NCBI GenBank assembly: GCA_030141605.1
Contig: JAQGDQ010000348.1
Span: forward strand, 1-64,000
Origin: Tubiluchus corallicola
Lineage: Eukaryota > Animalia > Priapulida
Direction of reading: 5' to 3'
DNA length: 64,000 nucleotides
The notes below the pieces were generated by a model. That model did not search any database. It had not been told where the DNA came from and was given only the letters and a program-made list of their open reading frames with translations. Positions 36,122-51,502 of this stretch are shown piece after piece. Numbering within the stretch: the first letter of the stretch is position 1; each line of letters begins with the position of its first letter. A program made the position numbers and the translations under genes.

Positions 36122-38436
36122 TTACGCTAATCCACAATATAGTGTAGAAAGACCTGTGTAGAAAGTTCAACTTACTCAAAGGGGAACGAAAGGTTGATGA
36201 CACAAAAACGCCGGGGGCCTGGTATATACTGGTCCTGTTCACCGTGTCAACATCTATTGTCGTCATTGATCACTGGTATGCGACTTTCTGTCAATGTACA
36301 GTGTAGTTATAAAACACGGATAAAATAACCTGTGATTTTGAACTTTTTGTAGCCAATAGGACGTAATAAAGGAAAATATAAAACACGTAATATTCAAACA
36401 TGAAAATTACTATAAGTTACTAATTACTATAATTATTAATTTTTTGCCCCTGTTCTGACTGTGTGAAGCGGGGCGATATATTAGGCGATATATATCGCCT
36501 AATAAATCAATTACATCATGCACACAATGAAACAATGATGCAACAATGCAAAATTTTGCGACAATGATGAGTGGATAACGGACCACCGCAGCGTGGTTTA
36601 TCAAGTCTTGTGACAGTTCTCCTAATAGGTTAGTGGTGTTCAGAACTAAATGTACATCATTAAAATGATACAGCAGTAGCCTGTTGATACATTAGACATG
36701 ATTTTAATTACGTAAAGTAAAAGTTTTAATAAAGTTGTGTTGTTAATTAACTATAAATGTTTTACGTGCCTGTAAAGGAACTTTAACTTTTGTAATTTTA
36801 CTTAACACTATTAGCCTCTGGTTATTATTATCATATGCTGCTTTGTTTTTATTTATGATTATGTGTAATTGCATTAGAATTGATAATTATGTTTATTATT
36901 CTCGTTGTTTTTCATTGTGTATAATACGTTTTGATTTTGCTGTTGGACGGTGCTGCCATCTATTAACGAATCGGCAGGCATTGTTGTGTTGTCGGGTTTT
37001 TGCGTGTAGTGAACAATGGAATGCGTGCTGGTAAGTGCTAGAACACGCTCTTATGAGATTGTCGTGAGGTTTATGATGTTATTGTATGAGGTTGTCAAGT
37101 TAATTTACGTGTTTCATTAGCATCGTAAACTTAACCTAGAATGTTGCCTAAATTCATCTCTTGCCTTACATAGTCTCCGTTAAACGTTTCAACGCACTAT
37201 CAGCCAGCACATTACGAGAGGCAAACCTCTACACGTACCGTTAATAATTGAGTAAGAAAACCATCTAGCTTGCACTCTAGCGCCATACTGCGGCGGATTT
37301 TGATAACGCAGTTCAAATATTATTGTCAACACTTAGAAGTCTGATTAACTGTTTTGTTAATATCTAATCGTATTATCCACAGTAGTTAGTTCATGCAAGA
37401 GTTACAAATTATGATAATATATTAAGCCTTATTTTTATCAAAACTTGATGTGTTCATGTGGGCGGAGGAATTATGTAGCCGAGCACTTTTCATACAAAAA
37501 ATGTTGTAAAATGGAAATTATGAATTGAACACATGGAAGTTCATTGCTTGCATATGTTGATGGTGCACCCCTCGTAACTGAACAAAATGTTAAGTTACTT
37601 GAAAGCTGCTTATATGAAGTTAACTTGCATAAATTCTTTGTACACAGTAGACACATGTAATCAGTTAATCTCTTTGAGTTTTTACAACACTCTTGTAAGT
37701 ATTATATTTGTATGTTTTTGCCAACGTATTTTATATATATTGTTTTTACTATAGACTTTATTTTACTATTGTGTGTGAATAAAATAAAAAAATAAACAGA
37801 GAGCACTTTCTGCGCTGCCTCCACCTTCCTGGAAGACCACCCAACATGCTATAAGTAATTTAGCAATGTACTCAAAATATGTAACCTCATATATTGTTAC
37901 ATATATAATAAATGAGTTATTTTATCTATAAAAAGCGTTGGTACCCATTTCGCTACAATGAATATAAATTCGTTGTTCTCGCACAGTCTACAAACACCAG
38001 TTTCTTTGATAAAGACGGTTTTACTATGGGCGAAAAACTCTTGTAATTTTGTTACGTTAATATTCTAAATACTTTCTAGTGAATTTTCGTTTTAACTTTG
38101 TACAGAAATTTCCTGGTTTTTAGTATGACTGCCAATAATGTTCTTTGTCCTAAATTTAAAATGTTCTATTTAGCACATTTCTCTTCAAAAAGAGATATCT
38201 GTAAGAGAGGAAGGGAGGACGCATCAGATGCAGTGGTGGTCGTGTGGTAGTTCGTCACCACAGGAATCCGTGAAGAAAGCCTGTATAGCCCCATTTTGAT
38301 CATCTCTTCTTACTGTTTTACTGTTGAAATTTCTATATGTTATCTAATACAATATTAGACGTTGACTTGATAGGCTATCAAACTCTGTGATATAAAAAAA
38401 TAAATATTTTTCGTTTTATACACAAAAAATTTATTT

Positions 38437-38480
38437 ATAATAATAATAATAGTAATAATAATAATAATAATAACAACAAC

Positions 38481-38579
<99 letters not shown>

Positions 38580-38623
38580 AACAACACAACAACAACAACA
38601 ACAACAACAATAATAATAATAAT
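38437..38623. repeat. (AAT)n/(AAC)n microsatellite
   Basis: Directly visible. Confidence 0.95.
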
Positions 38624-39073
38624 AGCAAGTTTATTTATCATCATTACAACCAAAAGAAAAATTACAAAATATAAAAAAATTTAAAAGAATAAGCAAGGTA
38701 GAACATATAGCAATAAGCATTATTACACTGTTACAAGATACATGAACGAAATAAATTAAAATAAGCTTAAATATAAGTTTGGAAGTTAAATAAACCATAC
38801 AAGATTAAACTGTTCTTGAATCTCTTTGTTCTACATATAAAATAAGGGGTATTTGATGGTGGTGAACGCTGTGTCTATGAATATGGGCACCTGGCAATAA
38901 AGTGTAGATTTTATTATTAAGATTTTGAATTGATCAGAATAACTTTTTGCAAGAATTTTGGCGGTTAGCCAATATTGAAGAATAAATTTGAATATTAGCA
39001 AATATTAGAACATTTGCATAGTTTTCATTTGAAAAAATTATTTTCAATGAACGTTTTTGAACAGTTTCTGACA

Positions 39074-41454
39074 AATCAGAGATGAGTGTCATTCCTGATA
39101 AGCGTATATTTATATTTTATAGTGTAATTTGGGTAAGTTACTGTTATTAGCGTGAAACAAAGGCTCCACTCAATTAGGTCACTCTAAATAATATAACAGC
39201 TGCATCTGCTTTGCTCAGGTAAAACTAACTACGTAATGTATTACCTGGTGTACAATCCAATTTTAATGAACTAATGTGCCCGCAAAATTTTGCTTAATTA
39301 CGATAATAGTGGCATTGATCAACTCGAACAAAAGAAAAATCCGTGAATTACTTAATTAATCATGAGCGCGGCGAAGTTGAAAGACGTACAACAAGTTTCC
39401 TAGTAAATCAAGTATGCAGCAGGTATGGCGACATTAACGTCTACGCAAGGCCATTTTAACTCATTTAACTCATTTTTAGGTCCTCCAAAATTAACGAATT
39501 CCTAAAAACATTTGTTTTTTGATTAAATATGTCTTTGTAGTCATCGCAGACATTTTAGCATTGTACAATGAAGTGAATTCTAAGCAGGCTTCAAAGAGAA
39601 ATTTAATTTTAAACTGGTATCTTTTCTATGGAAACATCAGGAGTTTTTTATTGGAAGTTCTAGTAAAAAGACAATTTAAAAAACGCTGCAAAATACGACA
39701 AGTTGTCAGTGCATTTCATTGTGAAAAATTTATTAAAGTGTCACAATAAAAACCATTCATTTAACTAATTATTTCGTTTTAATAAAACTAAAAAAGCGGT
39801 GCTAATATAATCCTGTCAAAATGACCGTTTGTTGGTGAATGACTCAATAAACGTTGTTTTCTATTCGCTGTGCATATTTTTTTAAAGTTGATAGCTTAAC
39901 TAGTTTATACGGAGATATGGCAGTTTCTAGTTTTACCGTATGGCTTCTTGGTAAATACAATAACTGCGTTATTTATTCTTCTGGCATTAAATTATTTAAG
40001 AGCCGGCTTCTGTGTTGATAAGTCGGAAGCCAGTGGAATTATTGGAATTACTAGAAGGTAACTAGTGAAATTGAGCATATGGCAATTTCTACTTTAAGCT
40101 GATGCAATAATGATTGACTTTGTTAATGAGTCTTCTGGCACTAAATTATTCAGAAAAACGCTTCTGGTTTAATTAGTGATATTAGGAGAAGCTAGTTAGT
40201 CAAAATAAGCAATGAGTAGATGGTAATTTGGACTTTGTTCTTATGGTAGCCAAGCTATAATTAATTAATGCGTTAATTAATCTTCTGACACTAGATTATT
40301 CAGGAAAAGGCTTCTGGTTTGATTAGTGGAATTAGAGTGGAATTAGTGGAGTTAGGAGAAGCTAATTAGTGATTCTGAGCATATGATAACTTCTACTTTG
40401 GTCTTATGGCGGTAATGTAATAATGACTTACTACATTAAGTATTCTTCCGTCTCTAAATTATTTAAGATTTAATCTTTTCCAAAAGATTTGTATATTATG
40501 TTTGTTGGCTTACACATATGTCAGAAATTTTGTTCATTTGTAATTTTTTTATCTTTCTATAAAAGAAGAAAAAGTGGACACTTGTAGGCTGAATTCGTAA
40601 TCGAAAAAACCTCCTCATCTTTGTTTGTGATTCAAATAAATATAATTATGTGAAATTAAAGCTGCTTTCCACAATCGTGTTTTATACGTGAGAAAGAAAT
40701 CAAGAACATCGATTAAAACAAGCGCAAATTCATATCCTTATGTCAGCAAGACTTAGCAATTTGTATACGTTTCCCTGGGCCTCAAATTTCATCTCTGTTA
40801 CTGAAAACAGCTAAGATACGGACCGCAAATGTTTTTAATATCAGCTCAAAGTCTTACTGCAGTTTTGAACTTTCATTTATATTATTAAATCAGACATAAT
40901 CAATCGATTGAATCACTGGTGTGTGTATTGTAACACTTTACTCTTCTAACAGATGTTCAAATCTTTAGGCACATTTAATTAAACATTATAAATCAGATGA
41001 ATCATTTAACACCTTCGCTCTTTGTCTTACACCAGATGCTCAATTTATCAGGTGAATCACCTGTATCTGTCTAATCCATTAACTCTTTGTCTTACATCAG
41101 ATGTTCAATTTATCAGGTGAATCACTTGTACCTGATTAAATAAATTAACTCTTTGTCTTACATAAGATGCTCAGATGCCAAACTTCCCTATTTGAATGGG
41201 GCGTTTTCAATCAATACAAGTGCATTATAATTCACATCTTTGCGCCATTCTATCATTCCAGTAACATCAAACTGAAAAAATTTGGAAATCAAATTTAGTC
41301 GCATATTAGCACAGATGAATTATAGTTACACTTATATTAATAATGAAATGACATTGACACCTTTCAGTATACCTGACCCAAACCTATAGACCTTGAAGCA
41401 AAATCTCAATTTTTATAATTAATTTAAAAAATAATTTAATTTAATTTAATTTAA

Positions 41455-41487
<33 letters not shown>

Positions 41488-41509
41488 CCACTCTCTCTAT
41501 ATCTCTATG

Positions 41510-41603
<94 letters not shown>

Positions 41604-44531
41604 TCCTCTTAATTTCTCTCTAGCCAATCAAAAGAAAAAGATCATTAAATATGCACAGCATGTTAAATTAGGTTGGTGTTTGAGTAAACAGGGAACAGAA
41701 AGTATGAGTCATTCATCTTATTTGATTCTATCTGACAATCTAACTGAACTAATTATGGAAACAAAATGAAATGGAAAGACGCGGTGTTGGTCACGTGTTA
41801 ATTATTAATCAGTTTGGAGTGAAGTAACCTGTAGCCTAGGATTCAACTAATATATCAGCTTTTCCATGACACTTTTATGTCAGAAAAACTAAAGCTTCCT
41901 GAAATGTTTTAATAGGCTATCAACTAATTATTTGTTACTAATTAATCCTTTAATGTCCAAAACCTTTAGTAGAGGTTTTCTTGTTAGCTAATCAGTAGGC
42001 CTACTAAAATGAGGGTCATTGTAGGTTTTACTGTTTAATATTATTGCCACACTCTGTAACGATATATTTATGTTTTTCGTAATTTTGTATAAACAGTTTT
42101 GAACCTAAAAAGTTTGATTTAATGTAATAAAAGTTAAAGAAAATCTCAACTAGAGAAACTGTCGAAAATTTTCCCGATTTAGTAAATTACCGCATTGAGA
42201 ACTTGCAAATTTAAATAGCATATTATGGTTTTCAAAGCGAACATAATGAATAGGTTTTTATGTATTTATTTTACACTTAATGTGTCTACTATATAAACCA
42301 GTAATTTTACATGACTTTAAATTACTCTAGTATAGCTCTAGCTTTGCTTTGTAATCAGAAAAGGTTGAATAATTAATTACATTCGGATTTCCATTTGCGG
42401 AAGAAATGTTTTTCAGCGCAACACAGATCAATACATAATTTTATAACAGAAGCTTAAAGGAAAGAACAAGTCACTCAGCATGTTGGATTGTTTTACTGTT
42501 GTCACTTAAACTTAGAAAAATATAACAAAGAAATTTGCAAAAAAACTGTCAATAAAGCATAATTTTTAAAATATACTGCCCTGTGAATAGAAATTTTCAG
42601 GTGTAATGGTTGCCGCCATTCAATTGAAAATCATGACATAACTGGGACACTTCGTGATTTTTCGTAAGCGTGCGTGGCTTTCCATACGCACGCGCTGCTT
42701 AAACTAATTCAAACTCCAGCAGCTTACCTAATGTTGACGCAAAAATGCTACAAAGTCAGCTATCTAAATTTTCATTACAACATATTGTACTTTTGATGAA
42801 TATTGACAGTGCGCTGCTTTTCCTCAAGACAGATGACGTCATTGGAAAAGGAATTGGCATTGAAAATGGGAGTGGCCGAGCATGAAATGCTCGCGACTTT
42901 AAAGTGATTTTACCAATTACACGAAGCGCTTGTTGCAGTTCTATTACAAGATTTTTCGCGAACATTAAAATAAGCCTCCTAGAAACTTTCCTTTAATGCA
43001 AACACTGGTCCCAATCTTAGACTGCAGGTCAAAACAATTTACTCTTCAAAATATTGAAAGGAAACGCTATTTTTTCTAAAATGACATACATAAAAGAATT
43101 ATTATCACACAAACACAATTTCGAGTTCGCGCCACTAATTCTTTGCTGTTACATGCATTTTGCCATTCGCTAGTTACACAATCACTAGCCCTGCATTCCG
43201 GAAAATCATTGCACAAAAAACAGGTGCAGTACCTCCCAGTTCAGATGTCTAAGTTTGTGACGAACTACACACGTTCGATAGTTCATGCGAGAGCACAGCG
43301 GTAAATTTGAATTTTTATGTTAAAGCTTGCCAAGTTTTAGTACAACACACTCAACATCTTACAGTAGCCCTGAACAGTCAACCTCGGGTATAAGGTTCAC
43401 TTATAAGGGTCCACCAACACTGGTCCCGATTTTTCGTAACGTTTTTCCTTATAAAAATCTTCGTATATAAGATACTCGGATATAAAGGATTTTCCGTTAT
43501 AAGGGACGACATCTTCAGGTCCCGCGTAATAGAAACCCGGGTAAATTTGAATTTTTGTTTTAAAACATTGGCCTGGCTCGCCACTAATTAAGTTTTTAAT
43601 CTATTATTTAATTATCAAACACCTTTGCAGAATTAATTGTGCAGTATTTTTGGTTCTTGAAAATGGGGTAGTATATGAAAATTCATCCTGTCTTCCTTTA
43701 AAGGGCGTATTTTTTATAGCCTTACTGGTGTTTATTCTGCATAGCGCCTGCGGTTGATTTATTTAGTTTTATTATCCAGACGCCGTTTGCTACACGCTTG
43801 ATCACTTCTTTCAGAGAGAATGCATTCGCATCTGATGACATTTCTCCTGATCCAATAATATACCATGTGGCACAAAGAAAAATGTCCCGGACCTTGGACT
43901 ATAATAATATTAGAATAATCAATCGATTGAATCACTGGTGTGTGTATTGTAACACTTTACTCTTCTAACAGATGTTCAAATCTTTAGGCACATTTAATTA
44001 AACATTATAAATCAGATGAGTCATTGCAGCGTTATTTAATGCCTTCGCTCTTTGTCTTACATCAGATGTTCAATTTAACAGGTGAATTACCTGTACCTGC
44101 TTAAATAAATTAACTCTTTGTCATACACCATATGCTCAATTTATCTGGTGAATCACTGTACCTGTTTAATCAATTAACTCTTTGTCTTACATCAGATGCT
44201 CAGATGCCAAACTTCCCTATTTGAATGGGGCGTTATCAATTAATATGGGGGGGGCGCATTATAATTCACACCTTTGCGCCATTGTATCATTCCAGAGCCA
44301 TCAAACTGCCAAACTTGGAAATCTTAATGCAAATTTAGTCGCATATTAGCATCAGATAAATTATAGTTACACTTATATTAATAATGAAATGACATTGACA
44401 CCTTTCAGTATACTTGATCCACACCTATAGACCTTGAAGCAAAATCTAAGTTTTTATAATTATTTCAAAAAAAATAATTTAATTTAATTTAATTCAATTT
44501 TTATGTTAATTTAGTTTAATTTAATTTTGAT

Positions 44532-44564
<33 letters not shown>

Positions 44565-44576
44565 TCCTATCTCTCT

Positions 44577-44619
<43 letters not shown>

Positions 44620-46935
44620 TCTCTCTCTCCCTCTCTCTCTCTTTCTCTCTGTCTCTTCCTCTCTCTCTCCCCTCTCTCTCTTTCTCTCTCTCTCCTCCTC
44701 TCAATTTCTCTCTATCCGATCAAAAGAAAAAGATCATTAAATATGCACAGAATACTAAACTAGGTTGGTGTCTGAGTAAACAGGTAACAGAAGGTATGAG
44801 TCATTCATCTTATTTGATTCTATCTGACAATCTAACTGAACTAATTATAGAAAACAAAATGAAATAGAAAGACGCGGTGTTGGTCACGTGTTAATTATTA
44901 ATCAGTTTGGAGTGAAGAAACTTGTAGCCTAGGATTCAACTACTGGATCAGCTTTTCCATGAAACTTTTATGTCAGAAAAACTAAAGCTTCCTGAAATGT
45001 TTTAACAGGATATCAATTAATTATTAATTATTAATTAATCCTTTAATTTCCAAAACCTTTAGTAGAGTTTTTCTTGTTAGCTAGTCAGTATGCCTACTAA
45101 AATGAGGGTCATTGTAGGTTTTACTGTGTAAAATTATTGCCACACTCTGTAACGACAGATTTGAACTCAAATAGTTTGATTTAATGTAATAAAAGTTAAA
45201 GAAAATCTCAATTAAAGAAACTGTCCAGAACTTTCCTGATTTACTAAATTACCCTATTGAGAACTTGCTAATTTAAATAGCATATTATGGTTTTCAAAGC
45301 GAACATAATGAATAGGTTATTGTTTATTTAATCAGAGATGAGTGTCATTCCTTACAAGCGCAGACCCCTTTATATTGTATAATGTAATTAGGGTAAGTTT
45401 CTGTTATTAGCGTGAAACAAAAGCTCCACTCATTTAGGTCACTTTAAATAATATAACAGCTGCATCTGCTTTGCTCAGGTAAAATTAATTAGGACTGATC
45501 TATTACCTGGTGTACAATCCAATTTTAATGAACTAACATGGATGTGCCCGCAAAACATGCTTAATTACGATAATGGTAATTAATCAACTCGCACAAAAGA
45601 AAAATCTGTGAATTATTTAATTAATCATGAGCGTTGCGAGGTTGAAAGACGTACAACAAGTTTCTTAGTAAATCATGTATGCAGCAGGTATGGCAATATC
45701 AAAGTCTACGCAAGACCAATTTAATTCATTTAACGCAATTTTAGGTCCTCCAAAATTAACGACTTCTTAAAAACGTTTGTTTTTTGATTGAATATGTCTT
45801 CGTAGTCATCGCAGACATTTTAGCATTGTACAGTGAAGTGAATTCTAAGCAGGCTTCAAAGAAAAATTTTAAACTGGTATCCTTTCTATGGAAACGACTG
45901 GAGTTTTTTATTGGAAGTTCTAGTAAAAAGACAACTTAAAAGACGCTGCAAAATATGATAGGTGGTCAGTGTATTTCATTGTGAAAATTTATTAAAGTGT
46001 CAATAAAATTTATTCATCATTTCATTTCATTAAAACTAAAAAAAGCCGTGCTAATATAATCCTGTCAAAATGACCGTTTGTCGGTGAATGACTCAATAAA
46101 CGTTGTTTTCTATTCGCTGTGCATATTTTTTTTAAAGTTGATAGCTTAACTAGTTTATACGAAGATGTGACAGTTTCTACTTTTACCGTATGGCGGTAAT
46201 GCAATAATGAATTACTGCGTTATTTCTTCATCTGGCAATAAATTATTTAAAAACTGGCTTCTGGGTTAATAAGTCGGAAGCCAGTGGAATTACTGGAAGT
46301 TACCTAGTGAACTTGAACATGTGGCAATTGCTACTTTGAGCTGACGCAATAATGATTTACTGTGTTAATTACTCTTCTGGCGCAAAATTATTTAGGAAGC
46401 GGCTTCTGGTTCACTTAGTGAAACCAGTGGAATTAGGAGAAGTTAATTAATGAAATTGAGCAAGGAGCATATGGCAATTTGTACTTTGTTGCTATGGCAG
46501 CAATGCAGTAATAAATTAATGTGTTAATTAGTCTTCTGGCACTAAATTATTTAGGAAACGGCTACTGGTTTAATTAGTGGAATTAGGAGCATATGGCATC
46601 CTCTACTTTAACCTTGTTGTAGTATTGCAATAATGGACTAATGTCTTAATTATTCTTCTGGCCGCAAACAGGCTTCTGGTTTTTCACAAAGGCATGTTTG
46701 AACCATTCGCCAGTTGGCGCCACTTTTACAGTTACACGTAGATGTGTGAGAAAATTTGTTCATTTGTAATTTTTGCCCGGCGAAATGAAAAATTCCCAAG
46801 TTTTAACTTAATTAGAAAAAACGCCCAAACTTTGTTTCTGATTGAAATGAGTATAATTTATGTGAAATTAAAGCTACTATCTACCTGTTCGTGTTTTATA
46901 TCTGAGAAGGAAATCAAGAACATCCCATTAAGACA
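39074..46935 (+). repeat. Local duplication with permuted order: A(39074-40720) B(40896-42270) ... B'(43915-45329) A'(45330-46935)
   Basis: Long colinear matches, e.g. aatcagagatgagtgtcattcct at 39074 and 45330, and ataatcaatcgattgaatcactgg at 40896 and 43915. Each B copy carries a (CT)n tract. Confidence 0.9.
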
Positions 46936-48183
46936 TTTCTATAATTATCGCATAATTATTACGATTCACATTAAAAATAAAGATGCTTATTTATTACATG
47001 CATTAGTAAATTGAGAAACATGAGGCCTGCTGCATTATATCATTATAATACGGATAATATACATTTAATAGCAACAAGAAATGATCTATGAAACTAAACG
47101 ATTGCAGATCATATAATAATGAACAAAAATTATTCTACTGATGATAAATAAACAATAAGTATATTGTAAGATATATAAAAGGTAACAACTACCCTGGATA
47201 AGGAACTTCAGAGTAAACACATTATAGTGTCGAGCTAATCACACTATGGTAATTCAATTGTACAAATAGAAAGGACGTCGCCTTTCAGATTATAACTAAA
47301 AAACAGCAAATTTTTTGTCTTGCAATTCTTTGGGAGCTTCGCAGATAAATCTGCATATTTCCAGAAGAAGACATAAATTATCTGGAGGTAACGAAACATT
47401 TTATTTAAGATCTCGTTTAAATAAAACGGGATGGTTTGTTTAAGTTTGGTGATTTCCTATGACGTCATAAAATAATAAACCTAATTAAGACGTCCTTGCT
47501 GCGATCAAAAATTACAGAAAAAGCTTACAGTTTTCGCGCTCTAACACTAGAAGGTAAAATGGCAAAAAGTTGAAATTTCTGACAAACGTTGCGAGCAAGA
47601 AAACTAGAATCGTAACCCTTCTGAAAAACAGGCGTGTAATCTAGTAAGCCTACACAATAGTAGTAGGCTAATCAATGAACAAAGACCAGCAATAATAATT
47701 GTCATCTAATCCGTTCACTATGCAAAATCATCAGTGTGATCAGACATATTCAAGTTTTGGGCATTTTCTAAAATTACCTATAAGCTAGTATAAAAGAATC
47801 AGTTAAGATACAAAGTTAAACATTTCTAGTACTTCATTTACTCCATAACTGAGAATGTTACACACATTTGAATGTGGCTGTGATACTCCTGGTACTTCAG
47901 TATAATATCCTTGATAATAAACTAGACTCAGGTTTCGTCGCAAACAACAACATTAACTAGACAATGCCATTGAATGCTAGGTGTGAACAATACTTATCTA
48001 TATAATTGCCTAATATTAACAATAGTTTATTTTGACTAAGTCAGTAAACGGAACGTGATCACCGTAGCCTTTGTTCACATAATTTTTTGCAGTCGAAAGT
48101 TTGCACTCGATTATGTACTGTAACTAAAATGTAAAATAACCAGGTTTATTATAGACGCAAAAGGAGAAAAAAGTGTAACTTAA

Positions 48184-48843
48184 GGCACAAGAAAACCCTC
48201 CAATTACATAAAGCTTAAAAAATTCGTTTTGAAATTTTATACCACTTACATACTCCCTTTTCGCACAAGCTGTATAAAGCATGTAAATTTAAGCTCCCGC
48301 GATGACCGTTAAACGCAGCAATTTTGACGATAAGTCGTTCATAACAAGTTTAGAAAACATTGTGTAAAGTTTGAAAAAATAATCAAAGCATTCGTAGCGC
48401 ACACGTCACTAACTAAGCAAAAGTTTAAACTACTGTATCTTGTCAATAAGATTAAAAATACGTTTTTTGGTTAGCGAGTGGCGCACCCTGGCGGGTGAGT
48501 CAGCGACATTTTAGCAATTGGTGAAAGCATTTTAAAGAACCAATAATTTTCTTTCCTATTTACATAAGTCTAGCAGGTAAACGAAATGCTAAGTAATATA
48601 ACTTTGCATGGAAAGTCTTTTGGACATAGTTTAACATTTCCTTTTCTTCCCCTGATTTAAGTTGTGCGTATATGACGTCATGTAATGGCGCAGTCGGAAC
48701 AGTGTCGCGGGAAATTTGACATGAAAACAAGCAAAAAAATCGTTTCAACGCGAGTATGATATAGACATAAAATTGCTATAAAGTAATATAACTTTTTAAG
48801 GCGATTTTTTGAAACCTACTTCAGGTACCCCTTTTCTTGTCCT
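48184..48843 (+). mobile_element. Non-autonomous DNA transposon, Kolobok-like family copy 3 (best preserved)
   Basis: TTAA on both flanks. Short TIR GGCACAAGAAAA versus TTTTCTTGTCCT. Further partial copies at about 11950-12350 and 32125-32530. Confidence 0.78.
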
Positions 48844-50658
48844 TTAAACCTGCGCAATAGTACATAAATCTGAGCATTTGCACATGTAGTGATTAGGCAG
48901 ATTCAGTGCGCAAACTCAAACTCATGCAATCAAAGTCAAACCGATCATGCGCAATAAAATTGCAGCTCAGGTGATAGTTTCCGCACGCTACTTCATTAAA
49001 ATTAAAAAGTTTCGTCTATATAGACAGATTACCCGCGTAAAAAAGGTTTACCGCAAAGCACTTGAAATGTGTGAAGTGTTTTACCAAACTGTCCACAAAA
49101 TATGCACGCAAAATGTGAAATATTTCTAAAGTGAAAAGCAGCTTTTTGCGCAAAACATGTGAAGTGTTTTAAAAGAAAAGTGCAAAAAACGTTTTAGTGC
49201 GTAAGCTTGAATTATAAGTTACGTTTTTTCTCAGATTTTTGCGCGTTTTCGAATTTTCTTGATGCGTTGCGTGCGTATACTACGCTCCAGCGTTACGAAG
49301 ATGTTCCGCAAAAAATGTTCGACTGTCCAGGAGATGTTCGTGATATAAAAAATATATCTGTAAAGCATCTAAAACCTTCGCATTTTGTTTAGTGTTTTCA
49401 ACAATTTTTTGTTATAGTCATTTGTTTACGAGCTCTCTGTTGCTCTGTTGGGGTGAAAGTTTTAACTTTTGTTGAAAATCTTCCAGAAAATACTTGTAAT
49501 CATCTTAAACTTAACTCTACAGATTCTAAACAGTTTTTCTAATTGTAAATTATAGTGACACTTGTTTCTGCTACCTGTACAGTGACAAGCAGCTATTTGT
49601 CAGATTCTTCGTTATATTGCGTTGTTTTTCTGCAACTATTTCATAGCGGTTTTTTATATGCAGTTGGAAAACGCAAAATAACGCATTACGCTTTCCGGAT
49701 GTCTGACAAAACGCCGCTTTACATAGTAATTCACAATGTAAATATAAATTCACGTAGCGCAAATGATAATATCGCAAAATGTCATAATTAAAGCGTGTCA
49801 CGTTTTGCGCAAAGAACAGATTCGCATAGCGCAAAATAATGGGCGTGGCTTCATTTGAAGAACAAAATATAAAAGAAGCCCAACAGACTAGGTAAATCAT
49901 CTGACGTGCAAGTTTACAGGCGCAGTTGCCCTTTTAGGACTAATGTATGATTTAGTTGCAAATGACTTAGTGAGTGTGTACAATATGAAGTGTTCATAAT
50001 TTGAAACACAAGTGAGTATTTCATTTTGGTGAAGTGTTTTAATTTTGAATCATCCGTTTATTCATTAGATGTTTATTTTTGCATCCAGTAGCGCAACGCG
50101 TTTGGCATTATGACGTAGCTGAGAAAAACAACAAGATGCCAAAATGTTATTTTTTAAAACTTCTTTTGTTCAGGAACGGCGTCCTATATTGAAAAATAAA
50201 GTTTCCTCAGTAGTATGTTAATTTGAATTCTGAGGTGATTTGTTCACCTACATGATTACAAGGTTACCTACATTTTGGCAATCTATTTGAGTTTTTGCGT
50301 GCATCTGAAATTGGTGTGTCGTGTGTCCATAGACACCAGTCTTGGGATGGTGAACTTATTAAGCAGCACAGCAGACAGAAAGCAATGAGCAACTTTACTG
50401 TTTTTGTTAGTCCCTAAATTAGCTCAGTAAACATGGCTGACTAATTATTCAGATGTTCTTGGCTGCCTGCCATGTGGGCAAGTTTTACTGTTTACTCGTC
50501 AGCAGCAGCAGCAGCATCAGTCAACCATGGTGGCATAGATTTTAGCTAGTGATACATGTAAAATTAGAAAATATTACCTAAACTAAAAAAAGTGTTAGCT
50601 AGGTAATTATACTCGTCAGCCTCATATATGTATACATACAGATATATGTGTGGGTATA

Positions 50659-50681
50659 CCATACATACATACATACATACA

Positions 50682-50733
<52 letters not shown>

Positions 50734-50736
50734 CAT
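50659..50736. repeat. (ACAT)n(AT)n microsatellite
   Basis: Directly visible. Confidence 0.95.
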
Positions 50737-51502
50737 AAGCATGAAAAAGTGAATTTTTATGATGTTTATAATAGTCAGTTTATTCATTGTGACAGTTCAA
50801 TGGTTTATATAAAGATTCTCCCTAAGACAAACTTTGTTAATAATAATAGGTGATAATAATGTAAAATTGAGCTTGCCACAATGAACACAGACAGAGATAT
50901 TTAAAAGTGCAACCTTTGTTAGATATAAAAGCCAGAGCTGTGGAAGAATTGGTTCGCGTTTTGTCAAATGCTTGCTTTGTGCATGCATGTGTGTTGGTGT
51001 CTGCATTAGTACATAAGAATTTGTGCTGTTTAAAAAGGTTAGTATATTTTTACATAATTTCAAGAAGTATGATTTGCAAATATAAAACAAATTTCATTTC
51101 CTGTAATGCAAAGAATTTGCTTTTAATTTATTAATAATATTGTTTTAAATTTGCAGAGAAGCAAAATGAAAATAAAAGTGACTGAGCACTTACTTGACGG
51201 TAGAAAATTAAGCAGCTGAACCTCATGACTTTTGAGAATGTTTCTGATAACAAAATAAGTGATTTACTGCTCTCAAAACATGGTGCATTTTAAGATCTTT
51301 GAAAAGACGAACAGCATGTAGAACTAATGGCTCACCAGGAAAAGATTGTCAGATTATGTTCATCAAATAGATACAAGTTACAAGTGAATGACTGTGTCAC
51401 ACGATTTTTTATTTCGCGTTTGAAAGGTGAATTTGTTTTAACTCTTTTATTACAGCGCCATTTGTTTAGTCACTTAAATTTATTAGAAAAGCTTGTCATA
51501 AT

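Noticed and set aside
35976-36266. 96-aa ORF MTTIDVD... as the TTLL N-terminus
   Set aside because: In that frame the donor at 36057 is phase 2, incompatible with exon 2. It may be an upstream ORF or be removed via the acceptor at 36154-36155.
49900-51400. Exon-like patches on the plus strand
   Set aside because: No consistent open frame or recognisable protein motif could be assembled.
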